A stretch of DNA of 64,000 nt, from the NCBI GenBank assembly GCA_034185265.1, contig JAXFZD010000006.1, positions 6,638 through 70,637 of the forward strand, in the 5' to 3' direction. Both the position numbers and the translations under genes were made by a program. This document shows positions 1 to 9,807 of the stretch, piece by piece; within the stretch, counting starts at the first letter, position 1, and every line of letters begins with the position of its first letter. The stretch comes from Bacilli bacterium. Lineage in GTDB: Bacteria; Bacillota_I; Bacilli_A; RFN20; CAG-826. The notes below the pieces were generated by a model. It saw only the letters and a list, made by a program, of their open reading frames with translations. It did not search any database and was not told the origin of the DNA.

Positions 1-1
1 T

Positions 2-397
2 TTCTTGTTTTATTATTATATTGTTATGATTCTTTTGATCTCTCAGTTACAAAGATTCTATCTTATAATCGCTTTGATTTTTATAGCAGGACTTCTTTTG
101 TTTGCTTTGTCTTGTCTATATATTGTAGGAAAAAATAGTGTCTTAGTGGTTCATGGAGAAAAGCCTTCTATAAGAGAATCAGGAGTCTATTTCTTCTTCC
201 CTTATACTAAGGCTAGACCTAGAAGATATAGCAGAAAAGCATTCAAAATCTCCGCAAAACCTGCCTCAATATATGTAAAAATAGTAGATTTCATTCTTTA
301 TGATAGTATGAAAAAAGAGTTTAAGAAGCTTCTTAAGGAGACTTCATTAAACTCTATAGATTTCGCTTTATTTGGATTAGAAATTATTCAACAGTAA
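2..397 (+). CDS. hypothetical membrane protein, possibly 5-prime partial (frame stays open to window edge; TTG at 5)
   Basis: ORF track 5..397. N-terminal hydrophobic segment, then VVHGEKPSIRESGVYFFFPY, which loosely resembles the start of SPFH/band-7 proteins. It overlaps the glmS 3-prime end by 14 nt and contains one copy of the AAAATCTCCGCAAA motif. Confidence 0.3.
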   Translation, partial: FLFYYYIVMILLISQLQRFYLIIALIFIAGLLLFALSCLYIVGKNSVLVVHGEKPSIRESGVYFFFPYTKARPRRYSRKAFKISAKPASIYVKIVDFILYDSMKKEFKKLLKETSLNSIDFALFGLEIIQQ

Positions 398-2156
398 CTG
401 ATTTAGCTAAGTTTCTAGGTTTATCAATAGGTAAGCCTTTTTCTAATGCTATATAATAAGTAAGAAGTTGAACTACCATAACTAAACCTAAACTAGTTAA
501 ATATGGCTTAACGTCTTTTACAACAAATTTATCACCTTTAGCAGCTACAGATTCGCTAGAGAAGATAACTACGTTAGCGTTTCTTGCTCTAAGTTCTTCA
601 AAATTGTTTCTTGTAGCTAGCGCAACTGCTGGATCAGAAACAAATCCGATTACTAATGTATTATTTTCAATTAATGCGATTGGCCCGTGCTTAAGTTCTC
701 CTCCAGGATAAGCTTCTGCATGGATATATGTAATTTCTTTTAGCTTAAGTGCTCCTTCTAAACACGCGTTATAATCAAAGGTTCTTCCAACAAAGAAAGC
801 ATTTTGAGCATATGTACATTCTTTAGCAATGGCTCTAATCTCGTCACTTCTATTTAAGATATCGTGGCAAGATTCAATTAATTTATCTAAATGGACAATA
901 CATTTTGTTTTTCTTTCAAGGCAGCCTACCAACATTGCAATAGCAACTGTTTGAGCTAAATAAGATTTAGTAGAAGCAACTGCGACTTCTAGACCACAAT
1001 AGAGAAGTATTGAATAAGTGGAATTTCTATCGATCGTAGAGCCTTTAGAGTTAGTAACTGCAATAGAGATTCCTCCTCTAGCGTTAATTACTTTTAAGCA
1101 TCTAATTAAGTCAGCTGTTTCTCCTGATTGAGAAAGAAGAATATATATTTGGTTCTCACTAACGTCATATGGGTCATATCCCCATTCAGAAGCAATAGAA
1201 GCTATAGCTTCTTTTCCTAGATATCTAAAATATCTAACTCCCATCTTTGAAGCATAGAAGCTAGTTCCGCAGGCTAAGAAATGGACTCTTTTAGTTTTTC
1301 TTAAAGCAGCGATCATCTCAGGAGAGAATGTGTATTTTTTTCCATCGAAATAGTTATCGATTAATGAGCGAAGGATCTGAGGAATTTCCTTAATTTCTTT
1401 AAGCATGAAGTGCTCATTATCGCCTTTGTCATAGACAAATTGATCAACATTTCTTTCTACGAATACTGGCTCGACCTTCTCATTATTTTTATAGATTCTA
1501 ATTTTTTCTTTTTCAACATATCCATAAGAAAAATCATCAAGCTCAACAAACTTATTGGTAAATTGAATCATAGGAACCGCATCAGAAGCTAGATAATATG
1601 CTTGTTGCCCTGCTCCAATAAGAAGAGGAGAAGCTTTCTTCATAAAATAAAGTCTATGAGGTCTTTCTTTACATAAAATTGCACAAGCATAAGATCCTTC
1701 TAAGATTTCTTCTGCTTCTCTTAAAGCTTCTAAAACTGAACCGCAGCGGATATAAAGTCTTTCAAGCAAATTGGCGATAACTTCCGTATCAGTAGCGGAA
1801 TTAAAATGGAATTTTCTTGCAGCAAGTTGATTTCTTATAGCGCGGTAATTCTCGATAACGCCATTATGAACGATAGTAAATAATCCACTATTTGATGTGT
1901 GAGGGTGAGCATTAACTACAGAAGGTTGACCGTGAGTTGCCCATCTAGTATGAGCAATACCTGCATCAGCTTCAAATTCAGGAACAATTTGGTCTAAGGC
2001 AGAAACTTTACCTAGAACTTTATATGTTTTGATTTCACCATCTTTCATGTATGAAAGACCAGCAGAATCATAACCTCTATAGTCAAGTTTCTTTAATCCT
2101 TCTAGCAAATATTCTCTATATGCAATATTACCAATACCGCCAACAATACCACACAT
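384..2156 (-). CDS. glmS: glutamine--fructose-6-phosphate aminotransferase (isomerising)
   Basis: 590 aa. Starts MCGIVG, the Ntn-amidotransferase catalytic Cys2. Two SIS domains and a C-terminal KSVTVE. Length is typical for GlmS. Confidence 0.95.
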   Translation of the reverse strand: MCGIVGGIGNIAYREYLLEGLKKLDYRGYDSAGLSYMKDGEIKTYKVLGKVSALDQIVPEFEADAGIAHTRWATHGQPSVVNAHPHTSNSGLFTIVHNGVIENYRAIRNQLAARKFHFNSATDTEVIANLLERLYIRCGSVLEALREAEEILEGSYACAILCKERPHRLYFMKKASPLLIGAGQQAYYLASDAVPMIQFTNKFVELDDFSYGYVEKEKIRIYKNNEKVEPVFVERNVDQFVYDKGDNEHFMLKEIKEIPQILRSLIDNYFDGKKYTFSPEMIAALRKTKRVHFLACGTSFYASKMGVRYFRYLGKEAIASIASEWGYDPYDVSENQIYILLSQSGETADLIRCLKVINARGGISIAVTNSKGSTIDRNSTYSILLYCGLEVAVASTKSYLAQTVAIAMLVGCLERKTKCIVHLDKLIESCHDILNRSDEIRAIAKECTYAQNAFFVGRTFDYNACLEGALKLKEITYIHAEAYPGGELKHGPIALIENNTLVIGFVSDPAVALATRNNFEELRARNANVVIFSSESVAAKGDKFVVKDVKPYLTSLGLVMVVQLLTYYIALEKGLPIDKPRNLAKSVTVE

Positions 2157-2157
2157 A

Positions 2158-3480
2158 CTAATTGATCTCCTGTATAAATTTTTCTATATTCTCACACAAA
2201 TTTTTAAGTGTTTCTTCTTTACTAGTTTCAACCATAACTCTAAGAGTCGGTTCAGTTCCACTAGTCCTTAAGTATACCCTACCTTCACTAACAAGTGAAG
2301 CGGACATTTTTTCAAAGAATGATGTAAATCTGTCAGAATCTGTTATTTCTTGTAATTTCTTGTTGTTTTCAAAAGAAAAGTTCATGATTTTTTGGTGATA
2401 TAAATCTAGCCAAGATAACTTTTGAAATAAATCTTTTTCGTGCAAATAAATCTCACATAATTTAAGCGCTGCCAAGATTCCATCTCCGCAAGGAAGAGAA
2501 TCTAGAAAGATAATATGGCCGGCTTTTTCTCCGCCTAGAGACAAATCATTTTCTTTTAATTTTTCTATTACTGCTTTTTCTCCTACTTCAGAAGTAACAC
2601 ATTCAATCTCTTCTTCTTTTAAAGCATTAATTAAACCTAAATTAGAAAAAGGAGTTACTACAATCTTATTATGCTTTAGTTCTCCTTTTTTCTTAAGGGA
2701 TAAGGCAAATAGATAAAGAAGATGATCACCATCTAGAATATTCCCCTTAGAATCTAAAGCAATTAATCTATCTCCGTCTCCATCAAAAGCTAATCCCAAA
2801 TCAAATTCTCCTTCTTTAACTATATTAACTAAGTTATCTATATGAGTTGATCCATAATCTAAATTGATATTCTTTCCATCAGGAATATCTCCTATATAAG
2901 TAGCCTCTATTCCAAGCTTAGAAAATAAAGCTGGAACTATTTTAGAAGCACTTCCGTTAGCGCTGTCTACAGCGACTTTTATTCCTTCTAAAGAAGAGGA
3001 AATTGAAGAAAAGAGGAAGGACGTATATTCATTTTTGGCATTTTGATCAAAAATAACCATTCCTTCTTTTTTCTCTAAATTAGCCTCTTCTAAATCTAAA
3101 TATTCTTCTATTTTAGCTTCTAATTCAGAAGGTATTTTTTCTCCAGAAGAAGAAAATATTTTAAGTCCATTTTCTAAATAAGAATTATGAGATGCAGTAA
3201 TCATTACTCCAAAATCATATTTTCTTTTTCTTACTAAATAAGAGATAGAAGGAGTAGAAGAAATTCCTTCATCATATGCTATTCCTCCACTATCTTTAAT
3301 TCCTTTAGATAAAGAAATAAAAAGCATTTCTCCTGATATTCTAGTATCGCGAGAAATGATTATTTTAGTAGGAGTAGTCTTATTATATGAACCTAAAAAT
3401 CTGCCAACTTTATAGGCTAATTCAGCAGTAAGTAGTTCGCCTACTTTGCCTCTAATCCCATCGGTTCCAAAATATTTCAT
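2158..3480 (-). CDS. glmM: phosphoglucosamine mutase
   Basis: 440 aa. MKYFGTDGIRG start, phosphoserine loop TASHN, GEKAGHII motif. Sits 1 nt upstream of glmS. Confidence 0.9.
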   Translation of the reverse strand: MKYFGTDGIRGKVGELLTAELAYKVGRFLGSYNKTTPTKIIISRDTRISGEMLFISLSKGIKDSGGIAYDEGISSTPSISYLVRKRKYDFGVMITASHNSYLENGLKIFSSSGEKIPSELEAKIEEYLDLEEANLEKKEGMVIFDQNAKNEYTSFLFSSISSSLEGIKVAVDSANGSASKIVPALFSKLGIEATYIGDIPDGKNINLDYGSTHIDNLVNIVKEGEFDLGLAFDGDGDRLIALDSKGNILDGDHLLYLFALSLKKKGELKHNKIVVTPFSNLGLINALKEEEIECVTSEVGEKAVIEKLKENDLSLGGEKAGHIIFLDSLPCGDGILAALKLCEIYLHEKDLFQKLSWLDLYHQKIMNFSFENNKKLQEITDSDRFTSFFEKMSASLVSEGRVYLRTSGTEPTLRVMVETSKEETLKNLCENIEKFIQEIN

Positions 3481-3498
3481 ATAAAAGAATTTTAAAAA

Positions 3499-4341
3499 TT
3501 AGTCTTCAATTTTAGGCTCACTTTGGTTCATTACTTCAGTAAGTCTTTCTAAGAATAAATCTGGAGAAACTGGAGAAATCTCTCCTTTATAAGCAATTGA
3601 AATTCTTCCTGTTTCTTCACTAACTACAACTGTTACAGCATCAGTAATTTCACTAATTCCAATTGCAGCTCTATGTCTAGAACCATATTTTCCTGTTAAT
3701 GGGGTTGTTGTTGGAGTGTAATAAACACTAGCTGCAACAATATAATCTTTTCTAATAACTACAGCCCCATCATGAAGTCTAGTTCCTGTATAGAAAATAG
3801 TTTGAAGAAGTTCACTAGATACTGGAGCATTAACTTCGGTACCAGACTTAATGATTTCATTTAATGAATCATTTCTTTCAAATGTGATTAAAGCACCTGT
3901 TTTGCTTTTTGACATGGTCAAAACAGCATTATTGATTTTGTTATATAAGGCTTCTCTATCAAAAAGTGATTCTCCCTTATATCTATCAACTCTAGCAAAG
4001 AAGCGTTTTACTGAAGCTTTTCCTTTAAGAGAATTAGCGATTAAATCACGGCAATCATTAATATTAGCAAAGAAGAAGATGATTACTGAAACAGCTAAAG
4101 ATATCATCATGGTGTACATGATTGGATCAAGTTTAAGTAACCAAGCAGCAATAACAATTAATTCAAAGAAAATAACGATAAATCTTACAAATTTTCTTTT
4201 AAAAAGTTTGAAGACTAATAAATCAAGGAATCCAAAAAGAACCCCAAAAACAATTAAAATCGTATAGTTTTGCCATTCATCAAAATGAAGGTATACGGGG
4301 TCAAATATTCTGTTAATTTCACTGCCTGCTAATAATTTCAT
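3499..4341 (-). CDS. cdaA: diadenylate cyclase CdaA (c-di-AMP synthase), membrane anchored
   Basis: 280 aa. N-terminal TM helices, then a DisA_N/DAC domain: TGALITFERN, HDGAVVI, GSRHRAAIGISE. Classic cdaA-glmM linkage, but no cdaR gene lies between them. Confidence 0.88.
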   Translation of the reverse strand: MKLLAGSEINRIFDPVYLHFDEWQNYTILIVFGVLFGFLDLLVFKLFKRKFVRFIVIFFELIVIAAWLLKLDPIMYTMMISLAVSVIIFFFANINDCRDLIANSLKGKASVKRFFARVDRYKGESLFDREALYNKINNAVLTMSKSKTGALITFERNDSLNEIIKSGTEVNAPVSSELLQTIFYTGTRLHDGAVVIRKDYIVAASVYYTPTTTPLTGKYGSRHRAAIGISEITDAVTVVVSEETGRISIAYKGEISPVSPDLFLERLTEVMNQSEPKIED

Positions 4342-4535
4342 GCCTCACCTCCCCGCATTTAAATAAATTTAAATACGGATTTTTAAGCGCCTAATTTTAA
4401 GACTTTTATAGTCTTATTTCAAATAATCTCTAAATTTAACAAAAGAAAAGATGGTTATTTGAACTTCTTGCCTTTTCAAAAAACCTGCAAATTGAATGAA
4501 AATCTCCGCAAATCACGGATAAGTTGCTTTTTTTG

Positions 4536-5723
4536 TTAGTCTCTTTTAAAAAGGTCTCTTGTATAGATTTTTTCTTTTACATCATCTAAAGAAGGTTCAT
4601 ATCTATTACATATAATTAAAGAAGACATCTTCTTAAATTCTTCAATATCTTTAATAACTTTTATTCCAAGGAAAGAGTCTTCTTTAACTTGAGGTTCATA
4701 GATAACTAACTTAACTTTCTTTTCTAAAAGTTTCTTCATGACTACTTGAATAGAAGATTCTCTAAAGTTATCTCCTTCATTTTTCATAGTTAGTCTATAT
4801 ATTCCAAATATATCGCCTTCTTTATATAGTTTAAATATATCTTCCGCTATAAATTCCATCCTAGTTTCATTAGATTTAACGCTAGCTGAGATTAAATCTT
4901 CAGGAACTCCTAAAAAAGATGCTCTAAGTTCTTTAGTATCTTTAGGTAAACAATATCCTCCATAGCCAAAAGAAGGATTATTGTAATAATTCCCTATTCT
5001 AGGATCTGCACATACTCCAGAAATAATATCTGAAGTATTAAGATTTTTATTTACTGCAAAAGTATCAATTTCATTAAAATAGGCGACCCGTAACGCTAAA
5101 TATGTATTAGAAAATAGTTTTATTGCTTCAGCTTCGCTACTTCCTACTATTAGCTTAGTTACATCTTCTTTTTTAGATATAGAAGCAAATAGATCTAATA
5201 CTTCTTTAGCTTTCTTTAAATATATTTCTTCTTTAGAAGGAACTCCTATTATAATCCTAGAAGGATATAAATTATCTTCTATAGCTTTTCCTTCTCTAAG
5301 GAATTCAGGAACAAATAAGATATTTTTAAGGTTAGATTTAGATATAAGTTCTTGAGTAAATCCTACTCCAACAGTAGATTTAATTATTACCCAACAAGAA
5401 GGATTAATTTCTTTAACTTTATTAACTATTTCTTCTACTGAAGTTGTATCAAAATTTCCTTTAGCATTATCATAATTAGTTGGAGTAGCAACTATAATTA
5501 AAGAAGAATCCTTTATAGCTTCTTCTAAAGAAGAATATATCTTTAATTTAGAAGATTCTAAATAAGAAACTATCTCAGCTTCTTTAAATGGAGATATCTT
5601 ATTCTTGATCTCTTCTCTTCTAAATGAGGATATATCAAATACTCCTACTTCATTAGATGAAGAAAGAAGTAAAGCATTAGATAGCCCTACATATCCACAA
5701 CCTATAACAGCAATCTTCTTCAT
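4536..5723 (-). CDS. NDP-sugar dehydrogenase (UDP-glucose/UDP-ManNAc 6-dehydrogenase family)
   Basis: 395 aa. N-terminal Rossmann motif IAVIGCGYVGL. Catalytic-cysteine motif GYGGYCLPKD. Confidence 0.8.
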   Translation of the reverse strand: MKKIAVIGCGYVGLSNALLLSSSNEVGVFDISSFRREEIKNKISPFKEAEIVSYLESSKLKIYSSLEEAIKDSSLIIVATPTNYDNAKGNFDTTSVEEIVNKVKEINPSCWVIIKSTVGVGFTQELISKSNLKNILFVPEFLREGKAIEDNLYPSRIIIGVPSKEEIYLKKAKEVLDLFASISKKEDVTKLIVGSSEAEAIKLFSNTYLALRVAYFNEIDTFAVNKNLNTSDIISGVCADPRIGNYYNNPSFGYGGYCLPKDTKELRASFLGVPEDLISASVKSNETRMEFIAEDIFKLYKEGDIFGIYRLTMKNEGDNFRESSIQVVMKKLLEKKVKLVIYEPQVKEDSFLGIKVIKDIEEFKKMSSLIICNRYEPSLDDVKEKIYTRDLFKRD

Positions 5724-5839
5724 ATAATTAGAAGTAATTATAAAAGGAATTAACTTATTTTTAAACTAACCTAATAAATATTTAGATATTAATTCATATT
5801 TTTATATGAATAAAACTTAAAATAACTATAATTTAACTC

Positions 5840-6838
5840 GTGAAAAGTATGGATGCTTATAAATCAAAATTAAATCTATTAGAAACTGAAGTAGCGATTA
5901 AATATATAAAAGATACATTTGAAAAAGAATTAGCTAAGAAATTATCTTTAGTTAGGGTTAGCGCTCCGCTATTCGTTATTCCTTCTACGGGACTTAATGA
6001 TAATCTTAATGGAGTTGAAGAACCTATTTCTTTTATAGTTAAAGGAATAAATGAAAAAATAGAAATAGTTCATTCTTTAGCTAAATGGAAGCGACAAGCT
6101 CTAGTTAAATATAATCTAGAAGCTCATAGAGGAATATATACAGATATGAATGCCATAAGAAAAGATGAGCTTCTAGATAACATTCATTCTCTTTATGTAG
6201 ATCAGTGGGACTATGAAATTATAATTAATCCTGAAGAACGAAATCTTAGATTCTTATTCAAAATTGTAAGAAAAATCTACTCAGTTATGAACTCTGTAGA
6301 AAATAAAATAAATAAAAGATATCCGTGTTTTGCAAAGAAATTACCTAAATCTATTACTTTTATTTCCACTACTAAAGCCGAAAAACTTTTCCCTAATTTA
6401 TCCAGAAAACAAAGGGAACATGAACTAAGTAAAAAATATGGAGCAATCTTCTTATATAAGATAGGTTGGCCACTAAAAGATAAACTTCCTCACGATGGAA
6501 GAGCTCCTGATTATGATGACTGGAATCTAAACGGGGATATCATAGTTTATAATTCCTTATTAGATATTCCTTTCGAGATATCTTCTATGGGAATTAGAGT
6601 TGATTCTATTTCTATTAGAAAACAAATTAGCCATAGACATCAAGAACATCTATTTGATACTACTTTTGTTAAAGATGTAATTGATAATAAGCTTCCTTTA
6701 ACTCTAGGAGGAGGAATCGGTCAATCTAGACTATGTATGTTCTATCTAGAGAAAGCTCATATAGGAGAAGTTCAATGTTCTATATGGAGTGAAGAAGAAA
6801 AAGAGAAAGCCGAAAAACAAAATATTAAATTACTTTAA
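5840..6838 (+). CDS. asnA: aspartate--ammonia ligase (asparagine synthetase A)
   Basis: 332 aa. Strong similarity pattern to E. coli AsnA: HSLAKWKR, SLYVDQWDYE, GGGIGQSRL. Confidence 0.9.
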   Translation: MKSMDAYKSKLNLLETEVAIKYIKDTFEKELAKKLSLVRVSAPLFVIPSTGLNDNLNGVEEPISFIVKGINEKIEIVHSLAKWKRQALVKYNLEAHRGIYTDMNAIRKDELLDNIHSLYVDQWDYEIIINPEERNLRFLFKIVRKIYSVMNSVENKINKRYPCFAKKLPKSITFISTTKAEKLFPNLSRKQREHELSKKYGAIFLYKIGWPLKDKLPHDGRAPDYDDWNLNGDIIVYNSLLDIPFEISSMGIRVDSISIRKQISHRHQEHLFDTTFVKDVIDNKLPLTLGGGIGQSRLCMFYLEKAHIGEVQCSIWSEEEKEKAEKQNIKLL

Positions 6839-7182
6839 AATATAAATTAACCACTACATTGTTTATTCACTCAATTATTTGATCATAATAGTCTAGGAGC
6901 ATTTATTAAATGGATAGAGACTGCTCTAATAACCTCTAAGACTTTTTTTATTCTTTCAAGGACATTTCCCATGTCTTAGAGGAAATTCAATATTATAAAT
7001 TCATAAAAGAAGCGATTTTAATTACAGTTAATTCTTAGATACAAATAAAAGTGTTGTTGGCTACTTTTAGCTCATAAATCTACAAAACTGGCTCAGATCT
7101 TATATGAATATTAATCACTAACAAAAAACATTTTTTATGTAAAACAGAATTATAAAGTCTTATTTAGAATCGTAGCGATTGA

Positions 7183-8598
7183 TTATCTATCAATAACCAA
7201 CATTCTCTTAATCCAAATATTGTGTTTTTTGATGTTGTTTGGGTCTCGGTACTCATCAGGAACATAAAATTCAGCCTTATCAGATGTGAAGTTTGTCCAA
7301 ACAACCTTACTCATAGCCTTATTTCCATCTGTTTTATCTTTTAAACCACTATATGTGGTAAGTGTTCCGTTTGTGGTTGTAAATTGATCAATTCCAACTG
7401 GGTCAGATTGTGTAGGTTGGTCCATATTCATATAGAAGATAACTGCTTGAATTTTGTCTGGATCAAATGGTTCCCAATTTTTATGGCCTCTGCGATCAAT
7501 ATTTAATTCAAGATGGGTTAAGTAATTCTCCCTGCTTAAATGTTGTGCAATAAATAATTCGTTAACATTGCCAGTTAAGGCTGTTGGGAAAGACGTATTA
7601 TCATCTTTCACACTGTTGAGTGGATAATACTTGTCATTCTTGTTTTTTACATAAGTAGTTAATTTATCGCCTGAAGTGTCTACGCCTTGGTCAAATAATT
7701 CTGTTGTAGCTTCTTCAAATTCTGCCACATAAACATATGATTTATTTAATTCTGTGGTGAACGTTATGTCGAAATCTCTGCTTACGACTTCTTCACTGCC
7801 GTTTAAATGCCAACCTTTGAAAGATGCAAAAAATTCAGTTTGATAATTGGTGAGTGGATTTGCGTGAATTGTGATTTGAGTTCCATTGGCAACAATTTGT
7901 TCGTTGCTGCCATAGCCTTCGATTGAAACTGTTCCATAACTTTCATTTGTGGAAGACACTTTTACGAGGTTTTTAACGTTCGAACAACTAAAATAAAATT
8001 TAATTGATGTAACTTCTAGGCGATATGCATATTCGAAGTTTTCGTTTAATTTCATAGAAATATAATTTCCATGATTTTGGTTACTAGGAATATTTATTGA
8101 ATATGTTGCGACTGATGTTGCGGCAATTATCTTGTCTGCGCTATAAACCGAACTCGCTTGTTTTGGATCAATCCTTGTTTCAGTTCTAAGAGTTGCGGCG
8201 GTTGGACTTGGACCTCCATAGACATAAGCGCTTATATCAATTTTATATAGACCAGTCATAGCGGTTTCATTTTTTAAATACCCACTATTTCTTTGCCAAT
8301 AGAAAACATCTTCACCAATAAAATTAACTGAATTGGTAACAAATGTGACATCGTTACCAAGGCCTGTTTTGAATATGCCTTTATAAACATCTCCATCTTC
8401 AACAAAATTAGATCTATTTGATGCGTCAATTGATAATGTATATGATTCGTTCTCAGCATTTATAAATAAAGGAAAACCCGATTTGTTTGACAATAAGGCA
8501 ACTGAAGCAAAAACTCCAATAGCCATCGTGCTAGTTAATAAAAAGGCCACACTTTTCTTTTGCATAAAAATACCTCCGCTCAAAAAGTTATTTATCAT
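7183..8598 (-). CDS. secreted/surface protein, Thr/Ser/Asn-rich, function unknown
   Basis: 471 aa. The likely start is the internal MQKKS followed by a hydrophobic signal peptide with no lipobox Cys. Beta-rich composition. Confidence 0.55.
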   Translation of the reverse strand: MINNFLSGGIFMQKKSVAFLLTSTMAIGVFASVALLSNKSGFPLFINAENESYTLSIDASNRSNFVEDGDVYKGIFKTGLGNDVTFVTNSVNFIGEDVFYWQRNSGYLKNETAMTGLYKIDISAYVYGGPSPTAATLRTETRIDPKQASSVYSADKIIAATSVATYSINIPSNQNHGNYISMKLNENFEYAYRLEVTSIKFYFSCSNVKNLVKVSSTNESYGTVSIEGYGSNEQIVANGTQITIHANPLTNYQTEFFASFKGWHLNGSEEVVSRDFDITFTTELNKSYVYVAEFEEATTELFDQGVDTSGDKLTTYVKNKNDKYYPLNSVKDDNTSFPTALTGNVNELFIAQHLSRENYLTHLELNIDRRGHKNWEPFDPDKIQAVIFYMNMDQPTQSDPVGIDQFTTTNGTLTTYSGLKDKTDGNKAMSKVVWTNFTSDKAEFYVPDEYRDPNNIKKHNIWIKRMLVIDR

Positions 8599-8763
8599 TA
8601 TATGCCTATGCGTGTCACAAAAGTGTCACAATTTTAAAAAAATCCTTAATACATAAGTATCAAGGATTGAATATCAACATGGACTTGGTGAACGCGTGGA
8701 ATGATCCTATTTCAACTTTTCGTACGCGTGGAATGGTTATGCGAATTCCTATCAATTTTAACA

Positions 8764-9126
8764 TTAAACTAATTTCTTCAATAATTGTTCAAATCTTATT
8801 TCCATCGTTTTGATAAAGAATTCTTTTTGAACACCACTAATTATTTTTATCTCATTTTCTTGATTCGGGATAGCCATAATAAATGATTTAATTTCAATCC
8901 ATTTTTTCTCGATTTTTGGAATAACTACCTTTAAAGCATTGTTTAAATCATTATCAAGTTTATTGACTTTTAATTTTCTAAAGAAATTTCTAAAATTTAC
9001 CAATTCATTATCAACAGTGTAATAACACCACGTTTTAATCCAGCGTTTCCGCCATACAAAAAATTACTTTGCGGTAATTCAGTAAAATCAGTTAGAAATT
9101 TATCATGAGCACCCCCATAAAAAGAA
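8764..9126 (-). pseudogene. frameshifted gene remnant (79-aa ORF plus an upstream out-of-frame fragment)
   Basis: The 79-aa ORF (TTG start at 9003) is preceded on the same strand by an open fragment, FYGGAHDKFLTDFTELPQSNFLYGGNAGLKRGVITLLIMNW, in a different frame. No RBS. It lies inside a region of short coding fragments. Confidence 0.25.
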
Positions 9127-9807
9127 AAAGCCGAAAATCGGCTTCCTAATAAGACGCTACCTGTGAGGTCCTAATAAGTCATCAAGAGCATTATTTGTCG
9201 GTATCTATTTACTACCTGTGAGAAATAATCGCCGTAATTCTCTTGACGTCTATATTATCATTGTTGGCTTGTATTTGTGTCAAGGAAAATATCATAGATA
9301 TGGCTGATAAAAGTATTGTTTAAAATCAATCAACTCTACAGAATAAAACACCTTCTAAATTTGAAGAAAAATATTATGAAGAATTAGGTGAACAATCGAA
9401 TGTCCAATTAATTCCGATACTTAATTACTAATAAAAAAGAAAAACGGATCCTGCAGTGTCCAATTAAATTAGTTGCAAAATCCGTATATCGTTCAGATAA
9501 CTTCCCGGATTGTGAATCAATCGGCGATTATGACTTTAGAAAGTAAAATGCATCTTTTTTACTACCAAAAAGCAGAAGCAATAATCAAAAGTCAGTTAAA
9601 ATAAGTCGTAAAAAAAGAAACAGCCACCATTAGGTGACTATTCCACGCGTTTTTCAAGTTTGTCTAAGTACTACGAGAATAATACAAGTATCCTCTCAAC
9701 CTCGAGGAGTATCCCTTACATTTTAGAACTTAGAATTCGTTCTGTTGTGAAGCAGAATTCAAGGGTTTTTCATACAACGCAACACCCTATAATTCGTTTT
9801 ATATGAA

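Noticed and set aside
4342-4535. glmS ribozyme in the leader of the cdaA-glmM-glmS operon
   Set aside because: The leader is only 195 nt including the promoter. It lacks the conserved glmS ribozyme core sequences, and glmS is the third gene, not leader-proximal. No claim made.
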